Source: Spongospora subterranea f. sp. subterranea
Lineage: Eukaryota
Length of the DNA: 20,000 nucleotides
Assembly: GCA_049724395.1 (NCBI GenBank)
Contig: JAUGWO010000010.1
Coordinates: forward strand, 60,161 to 80,160
Direction of reading: 5' to 3'
Under the pieces are notes generated by a model. It saw nothing but the letters and a program-made list of their open reading frames with translations. It was not told where the DNA came from and searched no databases. Position 1 is the stretch's first letter, and the number at the start of each line of letters is the position of its first letter. The position numbers were made by a program, and so were the translations under genes. Shown one piece after another: positions 19,133-20,000 of this stretch.

Positions 19133-20000
19133 TAAGGCATAAACTGAGATTCATGTTGCGACGACAATAGCGTAACCTGTTTGCGAAGCCAGATATCCCT
19201 GGCAGAACCTTTTCGCATTAAACTGAAGTTTAATGCCTTTACTTCATTTTCCATCACTTCGTACGCACTGGCCAGCTCTTCATCGGTGAAGAGATCAGCG
19301 TAGTCCAGCTCCAATACTTGAATGGCGCGCTCCAGTGAGGGAGTGGGTTTGCTAGCTGGCATGGGAGCACGAGATTCAGCAAACTTCGCCAACGCGTCTG
19401 CGATTGCCCACGCTGGACTGTTTCTTCCTCGGGGAGTGGTAGACACCTGGGTGAGCTGCCACAGCTCCGCCTCCATTGGGAGTGAACTCGTTCGAACGTG
19501 GTCTGGCACCACTTTTCCTACGCTTGGGCGCTTTGTTGTGATCAGAGCTGCTTGAGGACTGGTAATCATCCTCGCATATCGAGTCAGCTATAACCGAGAG
19601 GCTGGAACGAGGAGGGTACGGAAAAAACCCCTCTGAAACTGGGAGCACATGGACATTTGATTCGATGGCGAACTCGCCTGTGGCAGCAGTCCCCTCAAAT
19701 AAAATGTCGGCAGCTGAAAAACAAAACCCATGGATTTTCCTGAAAAATCGCATTTTTGGGTTTGACCTAACAACACAATCACCATCGTATTACAATTAAT
19801 ATAGAGCAGGATCAGAAATCAATTGACCTCAATCAGCGCGTCCCATGTTTGATCAGGTGCAGTTGGAAGTTGACGCTGTTCGTCCCATCCAAACCCGCTG
19901 TTATTCTTCAACTGTTTCAGCAGTTTCCAATTGCTTTTGAGCTGTCAATTAATGGGAACCTGATTCCAGACTATGATCATAGCGTCCTGTGCATACCTCG
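19129..20000 (-). pseudogene. Inverted Myb/SANT-like gene copy, cut by the window end, with small indels
   Basis: Reverse complement of about 18062-18931 with indels near 19448 and 19720. Confidence 0.85.

Larger units (their letters stand above)
8691..20000. repeat. Giant imperfect inverted duplication: arms ~8691-13915 and ~14750-20000
   Basis: Colinear reverse-complement matches, e.g. 8691-8710 with 19981-20000, 11052 with 17586, 13584 with 15106 and 13767 with 14925. Confidence 0.9.

Overview
Eukaryotic transposon pile-up with no confidently identifiable host gene. Spliceosomal introns of 45-61 nt point to a compact protist- or fungus-like genome (inference). From left to right: (1) the 3' end of a MULE transposase, then an inverted internally deleted copy of the same family with both TIRs and an 8-bp TSD; (2) a frameshifted Ty1/copia gag-PR-INT-RT on the minus strand, cut off in late RT; (3) a PIF/Harbinger end holding an IS630/Tc1-like element (TA TSD), whose right TIR is itself split by a long-TIR MULE-like element (9-bp TSD); (4) from about 8.7 kb to the window end, a ~11 kb imperfect palindrome. 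Each arm of the palindrome holds a smaller hairpin of two tail-to-tail Harbinger Myb/SANT genes around a 169-bp transposase tail, plus a DDE transposase with unusually long D-E spacing. The nested insertions are backed by TSDs and look biological. The palindrome-in-palindrome may instead be an MDA or fold-back read artefact, because the arms carry complementary indels and decay toward the centre. I found no convincing new biological system beyond these transposon architectures.
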